In this document: positions 28,783 to 39,272 of the stretch, piece after piece
Layout: each line of letters opens with the position of its first letter
Numbering within the stretch: the first letter of the stretch is position 1
Assembly (NCBI RefSeq): GCF_057098645.1
Contig: NZ_CM169472.1
Strand: one strand, 5' to 3'
DNA: 64,000 nt
Program-made: the position numbers and the translations under genes
The notes under the pieces: model-generated
The model's database searches: none
What the model saw: only the letters and a program-made list of their open reading frames with translations
Told to the model about the DNA's origin: nothing

Positions 28783-29231
28783 ATAACATACAAATAAGAA
28801 ACTATCAGCCTGGCGATTTTCAGCAACTATGCGCTATTTTCATTAGAGCGGTTACGATGACCGCCAGTCAGCATTATTCACCACAACAAATTGCCGCCTG
28901 GGCGCAGATTGACGAATCTCGCTGGAAGGAGAAACTCGCGAAATCACAAGTGCGGGTTGCAGTCATTAATGCACAACCGGTTGGTTTTATTTCCCGCATT
29001 GAACATTATATCGATATGTTATTTGTTGACCCTGAATACACCCGCCGTGGGGTTGCCAGCGCTTTGTTAAAACCTTTGATTAAGTCTGAATCCGAACTTA
29101 CGGTGGACGCAAGCATAACCGCAAAACCCTTTTTTGAACGTTATGGTTTTCAGACAGTTAAGCAGCAGCGCGTTGAATGCCGGGGCGCGTGGTTTATTAA
29201 TTTTTATATGCGTTATAAACCGCAACATTAA
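28779..29231 (+). CDS. yafP: GNAT-family N-acetyltransferase
   Basis: 150-aa ORF; start overlaps the dinB stop (ATGA). Confidence 0.85.
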   Translation: MNNIQIRNYQPGDFQQLCAIFIRAVTMTASQHYSPQQIAAWAQIDESRWKEKLAKSQVRVAVINAQPVGFISRIEHYIDMLFVDPEYTRRGVASALLKPLIKSESELTVDASITAKPFFERYGFQTVKQQRVECRGAWFINFYMRYKPQH

Positions 29232-29536
29232 ATCCAGCTTGCAATGAAAATAACGCCCGCCTAATATGTGCGCGTTTTCTTATTCCACAAACTGCAAGGA
29301 GGTAAATCATGACAAATCCTTTATCAATGACTCTTTGCAGACCTTTCCAGGATTAATTCTTTTTTTCTTGCCCTGGATTCGTCTGCCATTTCCTGATTTT
29401 TATATTTATATACTCTAAATAATTCGAGTTGCAGGAAGGCGACAAGCGAGTGAATCGCCAGGAGCTTACATAAGTAAGTGACTGGGGTGAACGAACGCAG
29501 TCGCAGTTCATGCAACTTGAAGTATGACGAGTATAA

Positions 29537-30067
29537 ATGGAATGGTACATGGGCAAATATATTCGTCCCTTATCCGATGCGGTATTTACCATCGCATCTG
29601 ATGACCTGTGGATCGAGAGTTTAGCGATCCAACAATTACACACCACGGCAAATTTACCCAACATGCAGCGCGTAGTGGGGATGCCAGATTTACACCCCGG
29701 ACGCGGCTACCCGATTGGCGCAGCGTTCTTCTCCGCAGGCCGTTTTTACCCAGCACTGGTCGGCAATGATATCGGCTGTGGCATGGCGCTATGGCAAACA
29801 GATATTCTCGCTCGCAAATACAACGCCGATAAGTTTGAAAAGCGATTATCAGCTTTGGATGACGTTGCTGAAGAAAGCTGGCTGGAGGAAAACCTGCCGT
29901 CAGCATTTGCACAGCATCCGTGGCGCAGCTCGCTTGGCTCTATCGGTGGCGGCAATCATTTCGCTGAACTGCAACAAGTTGATCAAATCATCAACGCTGA
30001 ACTGTTTGCACTGGCAGGTCTGGATGCGCAGCATCTGCAACTGCTGGTTCATAGCGGCTCGAGGGGG
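29537..30067 (+). pseudogene. RtcB-family RNA ligase (PrfH-coupled), 5' fragment interrupted by an IS element
   Basis: 187-aa ORF with RtcB-like motifs (GMPDLHPGRGYPIGAAF, GGGNHFAELQ, HSGSRG); reading frame broken by the insertion. Confidence 0.8.
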
Positions 30068-30094
30068 GGTGCCCCTATTAAGTTGTCAAGCATG

Positions 30095-31291
30095 TTATGA
30101 CGCCTGCGGGGTATAAAAAGTCCCGTCGCGCATCATGGCGAACAGAACGTCGCAGCGTCGTCTCGCCAGGGCGATAAGCGCCTGATTGTGTCGTTTTCCC
30201 TGACTCATTTTGCGGGTGTAGTAAGCCCTGGAGAGCGGATCCCTGAGCGCGGCGAAGGCCGACAGGAACAACGCCCGTTTGAGAGCTTTATTACCCCGTC
30301 GCGAGGGATGCTCACCGCGTATTGACGAGCCGGATCGCCGAGTTACCGGCGCAAGGCCAGCATAAGCAGCGAGATGTGCGGCAGAGGCGAAGGCGCGGCA
30401 GGCGACCTCGGTGAGGAGTCTGGCTGCGGTCCTGACACCGACTCCGGGCATACTGGTCAGGACCGGGTAAAGAGGGTGAGCAAGAACTCGCTGTTCTACC
30501 TCAAGCACCACCTCGTCTCTTTGCTTACGCAGCGTGATGAGCTGGAGTGCCAGACGTGGCAGTACTACGGCAGCGGCATTCGTGCCGGGAACGACGACGG
30601 TTTGTTCGGCCAGTGCCTGAGCTATGTCTGCTGCAAGGCGTTTACCCAGACGAGGCGCAAGTTTGCAGAGCTGGGCTGCCAGCTTCTTCTCACCCAGCGA
30701 AGCGAGTTTTTCTGGTGAGGGATATCGCTGGAGAAGATCGAGTACCGCCGGGTGATCAAGTCTCGGACCGAGAACGCGCTCCAGTGCCGGATGTATCTGG
30801 GTCAGAAGGCCGCGGATACGGTTGCTGGCCTGCGTTGTCTGTGCGGCAAGATCATCATCGAAGCCGCAGAGCATGGAGAGTTCGGCGATTTGCTCGTCAG
30901 CCAGTTTCAGCGTGCGTAGCGCGTGAGGCAGGGTACGGGCAGCTTCGGCAATGATGGCAGCGTCACGAGCATCAGTTTTAGCTTCACCGGCGTGTAAGTC
31001 GGCTATGCGGCGCATGGCCAGTCCAGGGAGGTATCCGACAAGGACTCCTTCTGAGCGGGCAACGGCGACAGGTAACGCACCGATGGTAGCTGGCTGATCA
31101 ACAACCAGCAGTATCTGACCATGTTGTTTCAGGTCAGATATTAGCGACCTGAGTTTGTTTTCGTCGTTGGGTAATGCTTTATCGAACAGGCGTTTACCTG
31201 AACGATTAATGGCTACAGCGTGATGCGTATCTTTACCGACATCAACGCCGATAAAGACCTGGACGGATTCGTAATCGCTGGATTCGGTCAT
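30095..31291 (-). CDS. IS110-family DEDD transposase/recombinase
   Basis: N-terminal IGVDVGKDTHHAV (RuvC-like DEDD) and C-terminal MPGVGVRTAARLL...AYAGLAPVTRRSGSS...GNKALKRAL motifs. Confidence 0.88.
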   Translation of the reverse strand: MTESSDYESVQVFIGVDVGKDTHHAVAINRSGKRLFDKALPNDENKLRSLISDLKQHGQILLVVDQPATIGALPVAVARSEGVLVGYLPGLAMRRIADLHAGEAKTDARDAAIIAEAARTLPHALRTLKLADEQIAELSMLCGFDDDLAAQTTQASNRIRGLLTQIHPALERVLGPRLDHPAVLDLLQRYPSPEKLASLGEKKLAAQLCKLAPRLGKRLAADIAQALAEQTVVVPGTNAAAVVLPRLALQLITLRKQRDEVVLEVEQRVLAHPLYPVLTSMPGVGVRTAARLLTEVACRAFASAAHLAAYAGLAPVTRRSGSSIRGEHPSRRGNKALKRALFLSAFAALRDPLSRAYYTRKMSQGKRHNQALIALARRRCDVLFAMMRDGTFYTPQAS

Positions 31292-31517
31292 TCTGTCTCC
31301 CTTGTATATGGGTTAACCAGATAACCACGGGGAGCAGGTACCGGCATCCACGTTACAGACGGTCCCGGCAAAAGTGCCTGACCTGACCCCTATTAGCGGT
31401 TACCAGCGCCCCACCAGACCCGGTGACATCACCCCCCGGATCATGGACGACTGGGGGCAGTAATCATGCCGGGTCTGGCTGGCTAACACCCCATTATAAG
31501 GGGTACGAATAAAGTAA
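31292..31517 (-). ncRNA. candidate IS110-type bridge (guide) RNA in the element's 5' non-coding arm
   Basis: ORF-free, about 225 nt; perfect 10-bp inverted repeat ccagacccgg/ccgggtctgg (31414-31423 and 31469-31478); 8- and 9-nt exact matches to the target flank and the element terminus. Confidence 0.4.
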
Positions 31518-32137
31518 CGGGGCAGTCTATTTTACAGCGGCATATTGCCTCGTTTTCGCATCATGGTTTGCCTGAAGGCAGTGACGATGCGCTACGGTAC
31601 ATTGCGGAACATGACGATGCGCTGGCATTTGCGCGTATTAATAGCCAGATGATCGCTTTGCGCATAATGCAACAGGTTAAGGCCACGGGAAGTCCGGTTC
31701 TGGATGTGGCGCATAACTTTGTTAGCGCGTGTCAAATCGGCGATCAACAGGGCTGGTTGCATCGTAAAGGTGCCACGCCGGATGACAACGGTCTGGTGAT
31801 TATTCCCGGTTCACGCGGTGATTACTCCTGGCTTGTACAGCCTGTTGCGAACGAAAAAACGCTCCACTCGCTGGCGCATGGGGCAGGGCGTAAATGGGGG
31901 CGCACCGAGTGTAAAGGGCGTCTGGCAGCGAAATACACGGCGACGCAACTCTCGCGTACTGAACTTGGCAGTCGGGTAATTTGTCGCGATAAACAACTCA
32001 TCTTTGAAGAAGCGCCACAAGCCTATAAATCGGCTGAAAGCGTGGTGCAATGTCTGGTGCAGGCCGGATTAATTATTCCTGTCGCGCGGCTGCGTCCGGT
32101 GCTAACGCTCAAAAACAGTGGAGGGAAAAAAGGATGA
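31518..32137 (+). pseudogene. RtcB-family RNA ligase (PrfH-coupled), 3' fragment
   Basis: Frame resumes ...GQSILQRHIASFSHHGLPEGSDDALRY...; ends 3 bp after the prfH start. Confidence 0.8.
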
Positions 32138-32748
32138 TCTTGCTACAACTCTCCTCTGCTCAGGGGCCGGAAGAATGTTGTCTCGCAGTGAAAAAGGCGC
32201 TGGACAGGCTGATTAAAGAAGCTGCTCGACAAGACGTCGTGGTAACAGTGCTGGAAACAGAAACAGGTCGTTACTCTGACACGCTGCGTTCGGCGCTGAT
32301 TTCTCTGGATGGCGACAACGCATGGGCGTTAAGCGAAAGTTGGTGCGGCACTATTCAGTGGATTTGTCCGAGTCCGTATCGGCCTCATCATGGGCGCAAA
32401 AACTGGTTTCTGGGCATTGGGCGTTTTACCGCTGATGAGCAGGAGCAATCCGATGCGATCCGGTATGAGACGCTGCGTTCGTCGGGGCCGGGTGGTCAAC
32501 ATGTCAATAAAACCGACTCGGCGGTACGCGCCACGCATTTGGCATCCGGTATTAGCGTGAAGGTTCAGTCAGAACGCAGTCAGCATGCTAACAAGCGGCT
32601 GGCACGATTGCTGATTGCCTGGAAGCTGGAGCAACAGCAACAGGAAAATAGCGCAGTGCGGAAATCGCAGCGGCGAATGTTCCATCACCAGATTGAACGT
32701 GGCAACCCGCGACGAACGTTCACAGGGATGGCTTTTATCGAAGGATAA
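32134..32748 (+). CDS. prfH: peptide chain release factor H homolog (GGQ motif), apparently full length
   Basis: 204-aa product [15 protein letters not shown]... with [16 protein letters not shown]; gaggg RBS; overlaps rtcB 3' end. Confidence 0.85.
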   Translation: MILLQLSSAQGPEECCLAVKKALDRLIKEAARQDVVVTVLETETGRYSDTLRSALISLDGDNAWALSESWCGTIQWICPSPYRPHHGRKNWFLGIGRFTADEQEQSDAIRYETLRSSGPGGQHVNKTDSAVRATHLASGISVKVQSERSQHANKRLARLLIAWKLEQQQQENSAVRKSQRRMFHHQIERGNPRRTFTGMAFIEG

Positions 32749-32804
32749 TGAAGGATGAAACTGCCGGAAGGCGATTAAACGCCATCCGGCAGCAAATCAA
32801 ATAA

Positions 32805-34262
32805 TTACTTCGCCGGAATTTCTTTCAGCAGTTCAGTCAGCAGTGTCCAGTAATGAGCTACGCTTTCGATGTGAACTTGCTCATCCGGAGAGTGTGGACC
32901 GGTGATTGTTGGCCCGATAGAAACCATGTCCATTTCCGGATACGGTTTTTTGAACAGACCACATTCCAGGCCCGCGTGGATAATCTGGATGTTCGGCGTC
33001 TTGTTGAACAGGCGCTGATAGGTTTCACGTACCAGATGCATCACCGGAGAATTAGCGTCCGGCTGCCAGCCAGGATATGCGCCTTTTGCTTCGGTTTTCG
33101 CGCCAGCCAGTTTACCCAGCGAATCCAGCATGCTCACCACGTAGTCTTTACCGCTGTCGATCAGAGAACGGATCAGGCAGTGAATTTCTACGTTATTGTC
33201 AGTCATGGTCACCACACCGACGTTCAGGGAGGTTTCGACCACACCTTTTGCCACGTCGGAATTGCGGATCACACCGTTCGGGGTGGCGTTCAGCAGACGA
33301 ATAAAGGTATCGCGAGATTTCGCAATCAGGGCAGCTTTATCGTTCGCTACAGAGTCCAGCAACAAGGCCAGATTTTTCTCTTTCTCTGCCAGCTCGTTTT
33401 TCAGGATCTCCTGATAGGTATTCACCAGAGATTTCAGGGCGTCGACTTTATCAGCTGCGACAGCAATGGTCGCAAAGGCTTCACGCGGGATGGCGTTACG
33501 CAGTGTGCCGCCGTTGAAATCAATAAGACGCAGATCCAGTTCTTCTGCATGACCCGCCAGGAAGCGCACCAGCAGTTTGTTGGCATTACCCAGGCCAACG
33601 TGGATTTCACCGCCGGAGTGACCGCCTTTCAGACCTTTTAAGGTTAACTTGAAGGTTTCAAAACCAGCTGGAACCGCTTCACGATCTAAATGCAGGTTGG
33701 AGGTGAAGTCGATACCCCCCGCACAACCCATGTAGATTTCACCTTCTTCTTCGGAGTCGGTGTTAATCAGAATATCAGCCTGCAACCAGTTGCTCTGTAA
33801 GCCGAACGCACCGTCCATACCGGCTTCTTCGGTCATGGTCAGCAGCACTTCCAGCGGGCCGTGAACCACGTTTTCGTCAGCCAGAACCGCCAGCGCAGAG
33901 GCCATACCAATGCCGTTATCCGCACCCAGTGTGGTGCCGCGCGCTTTAACCCATTCGCCATCAATATAAGGCTGGATAGGATCTTTCGTGAAGTCATGCA
34001 CGGTGTCGTTATTTTTCTGCGGCACCATATCGAGGTGGGCCTGTAAGACGACCGGTTTACGATTTTCCATACCTGCTGTAGCAGGTTTACGAATCAGGAT
34101 ATTACCTACCTGATCGCGTTCGACATGGAAACCTTTCTCTTTTGCCCAACCAACAATGTATTCAGCGAGTTGCTCTTCATGATAGGACGGGTGAGGAATA
34201 GAACAGATTTTGGCAAAAATATCCCACAGCGGTTGTGGAGATAATTGAGACAGTTCAGACAC
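32805..34262 (-). CDS. pepD: cytosol non-specific dipeptidase (aminoacyl-histidine dipeptidase)
   Basis: 485-aa ORF, M20-family metallopeptidase motifs. Confidence 0.92.
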   Translation of the reverse strand: MSELSQLSPQPLWDIFAKICSIPHPSYHEEQLAEYIVGWAKEKGFHVERDQVGNILIRKPATAGMENRKPVVLQAHLDMVPQKNNDTVHDFTKDPIQPYIDGEWVKARGTTLGADNGIGMASALAVLADENVVHGPLEVLLTMTEEAGMDGAFGLQSNWLQADILINTDSEEEGEIYMGCAGGIDFTSNLHLDREAVPAGFETFKLTLKGLKGGHSGGEIHVGLGNANKLLVRFLAGHAEELDLRLIDFNGGTLRNAIPREAFATIAVAADKVDALKSLVNTYQEILKNELAEKEKNLALLLDSVANDKAALIAKSRDTFIRLLNATPNGVIRNSDVAKGVVETSLNVGVVTMTDNNVEIHCLIRSLIDSGKDYVVSMLDSLGKLAGAKTEAKGAYPGWQPDANSPVMHLVRETYQRLFNKTPNIQIIHAGLECGLFKKPYPEMDMVSIGPTITGPHSPDEQVHIESVAHYWTLLTELLKEIPAK

Positions 34263-34522
34263 GTTAAGTCTCCTTGTCGATCACCCGCAAAACAGTATTG
34301 CAGGTCACAGGGTTAGCAGAAAATGTTGTCAACACAAGACAGGCTTGCGAGATATGTTTGAGAATACCACTTTATCCCGCGTCAGGGAGAGGCAGTGCGT
34401 AAAAAGACGCGGACTCATGTGAAATACTGGTTTTTAGTGCGCCAGATCTCTATAATCTCGCGCAACCTATTTTCCCCTCGAACACTTTTTAAGCCGTAGA
34501 TAAACAGGCTGGGACACTTCAC

Positions 34523-34981
34523 ATGAGCGAAAAATACATCGTCACCTGGGACATGTTGCAGATCCATGCACGTAAACTCGCAAGCCGACTGATGCCTTCT
34601 GAACAATGGAAAGGCATTATTGCCGTAAGCCGTGGCGGTCTGGTACCGGGTGCGTTACTGGCGCGTGAACTGGGTATTCGTCATGTCGATACCGTTTGTA
34701 TTTCCAGCTACGATCACGACAACCAGCGCGAGCTTAAAGTGCTGAAACGCGCAGAAGGCGATGGCGAAGGCTTCATCGTTATTGATGACCTGGTGGATAC
34801 CGGTGGTACTGCGGTTGCGATTCGTGAAATGTATCCAAAAGCGCACTTTGTCACCATCTTTGCAAAACCGGCTGGTCGTCCGCTGGTTGATGATTATGTT
34901 GTTGATATCCCGCAAGATACCTGGATCGAACAGCCGTGGGATATGGGCGTCGTATTCGTCCCGCCAATCTCCGGTCGCTAA
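34523..34981 (+). CDS. gpt: xanthine-guanine phosphoribosyltransferase
   Basis: 152-aa [23 protein letters not shown]... with PRTase motif [11 protein letters not shown]. Confidence 0.95.
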
Positions 34982-34988
34982 TCTTTTC

Positions 34989-35020
34989 AACGCCTGGCAT
35001 TGCCGGGCGTTGTTCTTTTT
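34989..35020 (+). terminator. intrinsic terminator after gpt
   Basis: Hairpin aacgcctggcattgccgggcgtt followed by a T-run. Confidence 0.6.
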
Positions 35021-35072
35021 AACTTCAGGCAGGTTACAATAGTTTCCAGTAAGTATTCTGGAGGCTGCATCC

Positions 35073-36317
35073 ATGACACAGGCAAACCTGAGCGAAACCC
35101 TGTTCAAACCCCGCTTTAAACATCCTGAAACCTCGACGCTAGTCCGCCGCTTTAATCACGGCGCACAACCGCCTGTGCAGTCGGCCCTTGATGGTAAAAC
35201 CATCCCTCACTGGTATCGCATGATTAACCGTCTGATGTGGATCTGGCGCGGCATTGACCCACGCGAAATCCTCGACGTCCAGGCGCGTATTGTGATGAGC
35301 GATGCCGAACGTACCGACGATGATTTATACGATACGGTAATTGGCTACCGCGGCGGCAACTGGATTTATGAGTGGGCCACCCAGGCGATGGTGTGGCAAC
35401 AAAAAGCCTGTGCGGAAGAAGATCCGCAACTCAGTGGTCGTCACTGGCTGCATGCGGCTACGTTGTACAACATTGCCGCCTATCCTCATCTGAAAGGAGA
35501 TGACCTGGCCGAGCAAGCGCAGGCTTTGTCAAACCGCGCCTATGAAGAGGCCGCTCAGCGTCTGCCGGGCACGATGCGGCAGATGGAGTTTACCGTACCC
35601 GGCGGTGCGCCCATCACCGGCTTTTTGCATATGCCAAAAGGTGATGGCCCGTTTCCAACGGTTCTTATGTGCGGTGGCCTGGATGCAATGCAAACGGATA
35701 ACTACAGCCTGTATGAGCGATATTTTGCGCCACGTGGCATTGCAATGTTGACCATTGATATGCCCTCGGTGGGGTTTTCGTCAAAATGGAAGTTAACGCA
35801 GGATTCCAGCATGCTGCACCAGCATGTATTAAAAGCGCTGCCTAACGTACCGTGGGTGGATCACACTCGCGTCGCGGCCTTTGGTTTCCGTTTCGGCGCT
35901 AACGTTGCCGTGCGTCTGGCATACCTTGAATCGCCGCGTCTGAAAGCGGTTGCCTGTCTTGGTCCGGTAGTTCATACCCTGTTGAGTGATTTTAAGTGCC
36001 AGCAACAGGTGCCGGAAATGTATCTTGACGTTCTGGCCAGTCGTTTGGGGATGCATGATGCTTCCGACGAAGCGTTGCGTGTTGAGCTGAATCGCTACTC
36101 ATTAAAAGTGCAAGGATTGCTGGGGCGTCGTTGCCCAACGCCAATGTTATCAGGCTACTGGAAGAACGATCCGTTTAGCCCGGAAGAGGATTCACGTTTA
36201 ATCACGTCGTCATCTGCTGATGGTAAATTATTAGAGATTCCGTTTAACCCCGTGTATCGGAATTTTGACAAGGCGCTTCAGGAAATCACTAACTGGATCG
36301 AAAAGCGATTGTGTTAA
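35073..36317 (+). CDS. frsA: alpha/beta-fold esterase FrsA
   Basis: 414-aa ORF with alpha/beta hydrolase fold; synteny gpt-frsA-crl. Confidence 0.88.
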   Translation: MTQANLSETLFKPRFKHPETSTLVRRFNHGAQPPVQSALDGKTIPHWYRMINRLMWIWRGIDPREILDVQARIVMSDAERTDDDLYDTVIGYRGGNWIYEWATQAMVWQQKACAEEDPQLSGRHWLHAATLYNIAAYPHLKGDDLAEQAQALSNRAYEEAAQRLPGTMRQMEFTVPGGAPITGFLHMPKGDGPFPTVLMCGGLDAMQTDNYSLYERYFAPRGIAMLTIDMPSVGFSSKWKLTQDSSMLHQHVLKALPNVPWVDHTRVAAFGFRFGANVAVRLAYLESPRLKAVACLGPVVHTLLSDFKCQQQVPEMYLDVLASRLGMHDASDEALRVELNRYSLKVQGLLGRRCPTPMLSGYWKNDPFSPEEDSRLITSSSADGKLLEIPFNPVYRNFDKALQEITNWIEKRLC

Positions 36318-36776
<459 letters not shown>

Positions 36777-36785
36777 ATGAAATGT

Positions 36786-36806
36786 GCCGGATGCATCACA
36801 TCCGGC
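36786..36806. terminator. bidirectional terminator between crl and phoE
   Basis: Hairpin gccggatgcatcacatccggc. Confidence 0.55.
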
Positions 36807-36814
36807 AATATTCA

Positions 36815-37870
36815 TTAAAATTGATAGGTCATGCCAACCGCGACAATATCATCATTATTGATATTCAGCTTATTATCGCTATTCAGTTGGTTTATTTTAT
36901 AATCAACAAATGCTGACATATTTTTGTTGAAATAATACGTGGCACCGACATCAATATAATTGACCAGATCTTCATCACCGATGCCCTCAATATCTTTCCC
37001 TTTCGATAAGACATAACCCAGCGACGGACGCAGACCAAAGTCAAACTGGTATTGAGCAACCGCTTCAAAGTTCTGTGTCTTATTAGCAAAACCACCAGAT
37101 ATTGGCGTCATTTTACGTGTTTCAGAATAAAAAGTTGCCAGATAAATATTATTGGCATCGTATTTCAGACCTGTTGCCCACGCTTCTGCACGCTTACCTG
37201 TGCCACGGCTTTGCATGTTCTGCTCGTTGGTGCGATCAGAGTTGGTATAGGCACCACTGATAGCGAAATCGCTGCCGCCAAAGTCATATGTCAATGACGT
37301 GCCGAAGCCATCGCCGTTTTGCTTTTTCACATCGCGGTTTTCGTTTTTCCCTTGATATTGCAGGGTTAAGTTCAGACCATCGATAACGCCGAAGAAGTCG
37401 GTGTTCCGATACGTCGCCAGACCGCTGGCGCGTTTGGTCATAAAGTTGTCGGTCTGCGCCGAGGAGTCGCCACCAAATTCCGGGAACATATCGGTCCAGG
37501 CCTCCACGTCATACAGCGCGCCCAGGTTACGACCATAGTCGAAAGAACCCAAATCTTTATATTTCAATCCGGCGAAAGCGAGACGCGTTTTTTGCTGTGC
37601 AGTATCACTCTCCGCTTTATTCCCGGCAAACTCCGCTTCCCAACGACCATAACCAGTCAGTTGATCGTTAATTTGTGTTTCGCCTTTAAAACCAAAACGG
37701 ATATAACTCTGGTCGCCATCTTTACTGTCATTATCACTCATATAATGCATGGCTTTAACTTTGCCATAGATATCCAGTTTATTACCGTCTTTGTTATATA
37801 TTTCTGCGGCCTGTACGGATGCAGATGCCACAATGCCCATCACCACTAATGCCAGAGTGCTCTTTTTCAT
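36815..37870 (-). CDS. phoE: outer membrane phosphoporin PhoE
   Basis: 351-aa porin from internal start [33 protein letters not shown]...; C-terminal ...MTYQF. Confidence 0.93.
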   Translation of the reverse strand: MKKSTLALVVMGIVASASVQAAEIYNKDGNKLDIYGKVKAMHYMSDNDSKDGDQSYIRFGFKGETQINDQLTGYGRWEAEFAGNKAESDTAQQKTRLAFAGLKYKDLGSFDYGRNLGALYDVEAWTDMFPEFGGDSSAQTDNFMTKRASGLATYRNTDFFGVIDGLNLTLQYQGKNENRDVKKQNGDGFGTSLTYDFGGSDFAISGAYTNSDRTNEQNMQSRGTGKRAEAWATGLKYDANNIYLATFYSETRKMTPISGGFANKTQNFEAVAQYQFDFGLRPSLGYVLSKGKDIEGIGDEDLVNYIDVGATYYFNKNMSAFVDYKINQLNSDNKLNINNDDIVAVGMTYQF

Positions 37871-37949
37871 TTTCATTCCTGATTTTAATTAACGCGCGGA
37901 TATTCAGCGGGAGAGCCCCGTTGAAAACAGGAAAGTTTTTAACCTGAGA

Positions 37950-37969
37950 TTGTTAAAGATATATTACAG
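37950..37969 (-). promoter_or_regulatory. Pho box (PhoB binding site) upstream of phoE
   Basis: Minus-strand ctgtaatatatctttaacaa, two CTGTAAT-type repeats at the expected distance from the phoE start. Confidence 0.7.
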
Positions 37970-38157
37970 ATTAATGATATTCTTAAAATGTGGTAATTTA
38001 TTAAATCTGTAATAAAAGCGTAAACAACTGCCGCTAGGCTTGCTGATCCCGCGCAACAAAACGCCATGCTTTGCTCGCAGATGGTTGGCAACCGACGACA
38101 GTCCTGCTAAAACGTTCGTTTGATATCATTTTTCCTAAAATTGAATGGCAGAGAATC

Positions 38158-39261
38158 ATGAGTGACAGCCAGACGCTGGTGGTAAAACTCGGCACCAGTG
38201 TGCTAACAGGCGGATCGCGCCGCCTGAACCGTGCCCATATCGTTGAACTTGTTCGCCAGTGCGCGCAGTTACATGCCGCCGGGCATCGGATTGTTATTGT
38301 GACGTCGGGCGCGATCGCCGCCGGACGTGAGCACCTGGGTTACCCGGAACTGCCAGCGACTATCGCCTCGAAACAACTGCTGGCGGCGGTAGGGCAGAGT
38401 CGACTGATTCAACTGTGGGAACAGCTGTTTTCGATTTATGGCATTCACGTCGGGCAAATGCTGCTGACTCGTGCTGATATGGAAGATCGTGAACGCTTCC
38501 TGAACGCCCGCGATACCCTGCGTGCGCTGCTCGATAACAATATCGTTCCGGTAATTAATGAGAACGATGCTGTCGCTACGACAGAGATTAAAGTCGGCGA
38601 TAACGACAACCTTTCTGCACTGGCGGCGATTCTGGCGGGTGCCGATAAACTGTTGCTGCTGACCGATCAAAAAGGTTTGTATACCGCTGACCCGCGCAGC
38701 AATCCGCAGGCAGAACTGATTAAAGATGTTTACGGCATTGATGACGCACTGCGCGCGATTGCCGGTGACAGCGTTTCAGGCCTCGGAACTGGCGGCATGA
38801 GTACCAAATTGCAGGCCGCGGACGTGGCTTGCCGTGCGGGTATCGACACCATTATTGCCGCGGGCAGCAAGCCGGGCGTTATTGGTGATGTGATGGAAGG
38901 CATTTCCGTCGGTACGCTGTTCCATGCCCAGGCGACTCCGCTTGAAAACCGTAAACGCTGGATTTTCGGTGCGCCGCCTGCGGGTGAAATCACGGTAGAT
39001 GAAGGGGCAACCGCCGCCATTCTTGAACGCGGCAGCTCCCTGTTGCCGAAAGGCATCAAAAGCGTGACTGGCAATTTCTCGCGTGGTGAAGTCATCCGCA
39101 TTTGCAACCTCGAAGGTCGCGATATCGCCCACGGCGTCAGTCGTTACAACAGCGATGCATTACGCCGTATTGCCGGACACCACTCGCAAGAAATTGATGC
39201 AATACTGGGATATGAATACGGCCCGGTTGCCGTTCACCGTGATGACATGATTACCCGTTAA
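38158..39261 (+). CDS. proB: glutamate 5-kinase
   Basis: 367-aa product [19 protein letters not shown]... from internal start of a 396-aa ORF. Confidence 0.93.
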   Translation: MSDSQTLVVKLGTSVLTGGSRRLNRAHIVELVRQCAQLHAAGHRIVIVTSGAIAAGREHLGYPELPATIASKQLLAAVGQSRLIQLWEQLFSIYGIHVGQMLLTRADMEDRERFLNARDTLRALLDNNIVPVINENDAVATTEIKVGDNDNLSALAAILAGADKLLLLTDQKGLYTADPRSNPQAELIKDVYGIDDALRAIAGDSVSGLGTGGMSTKLQAADVACRAGIDTIIAAGSKPGVIGDVMEGISVGTLFHAQATPLENRKRWIFGAPPAGEITVDEGATAAILERGSSLLPKGIKSVTGNFSRGEVIRICNLEGRDIAHGVSRYNSDALRRIAGHHSQEIDAILGYEYGPVAVHRDDMITR

Positions 39262-39272
39262 GGAGCAGGCTG

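Larger units (their letters stand above)
30068..31517 (-). mobile_element. IS110-family insertion sequence (IS110 subgroup), about 1.45 kb, inserted in the rtcB-like gene
   Basis: Encodes a 398-aa DEDD recombinase; no terminal inverted repeats; long 5' non-coding arm and very short 3' arm; boundaries estimated from where the rtcB reading frame stops and resumes (plus or minus about 10 bp). Confidence 0.8.

Noticed and set aside
32853-33641. 262-aa plus-strand ORF
   Set aside because: Antisense to pepD, which is clearly the real gene; no independent start signals.
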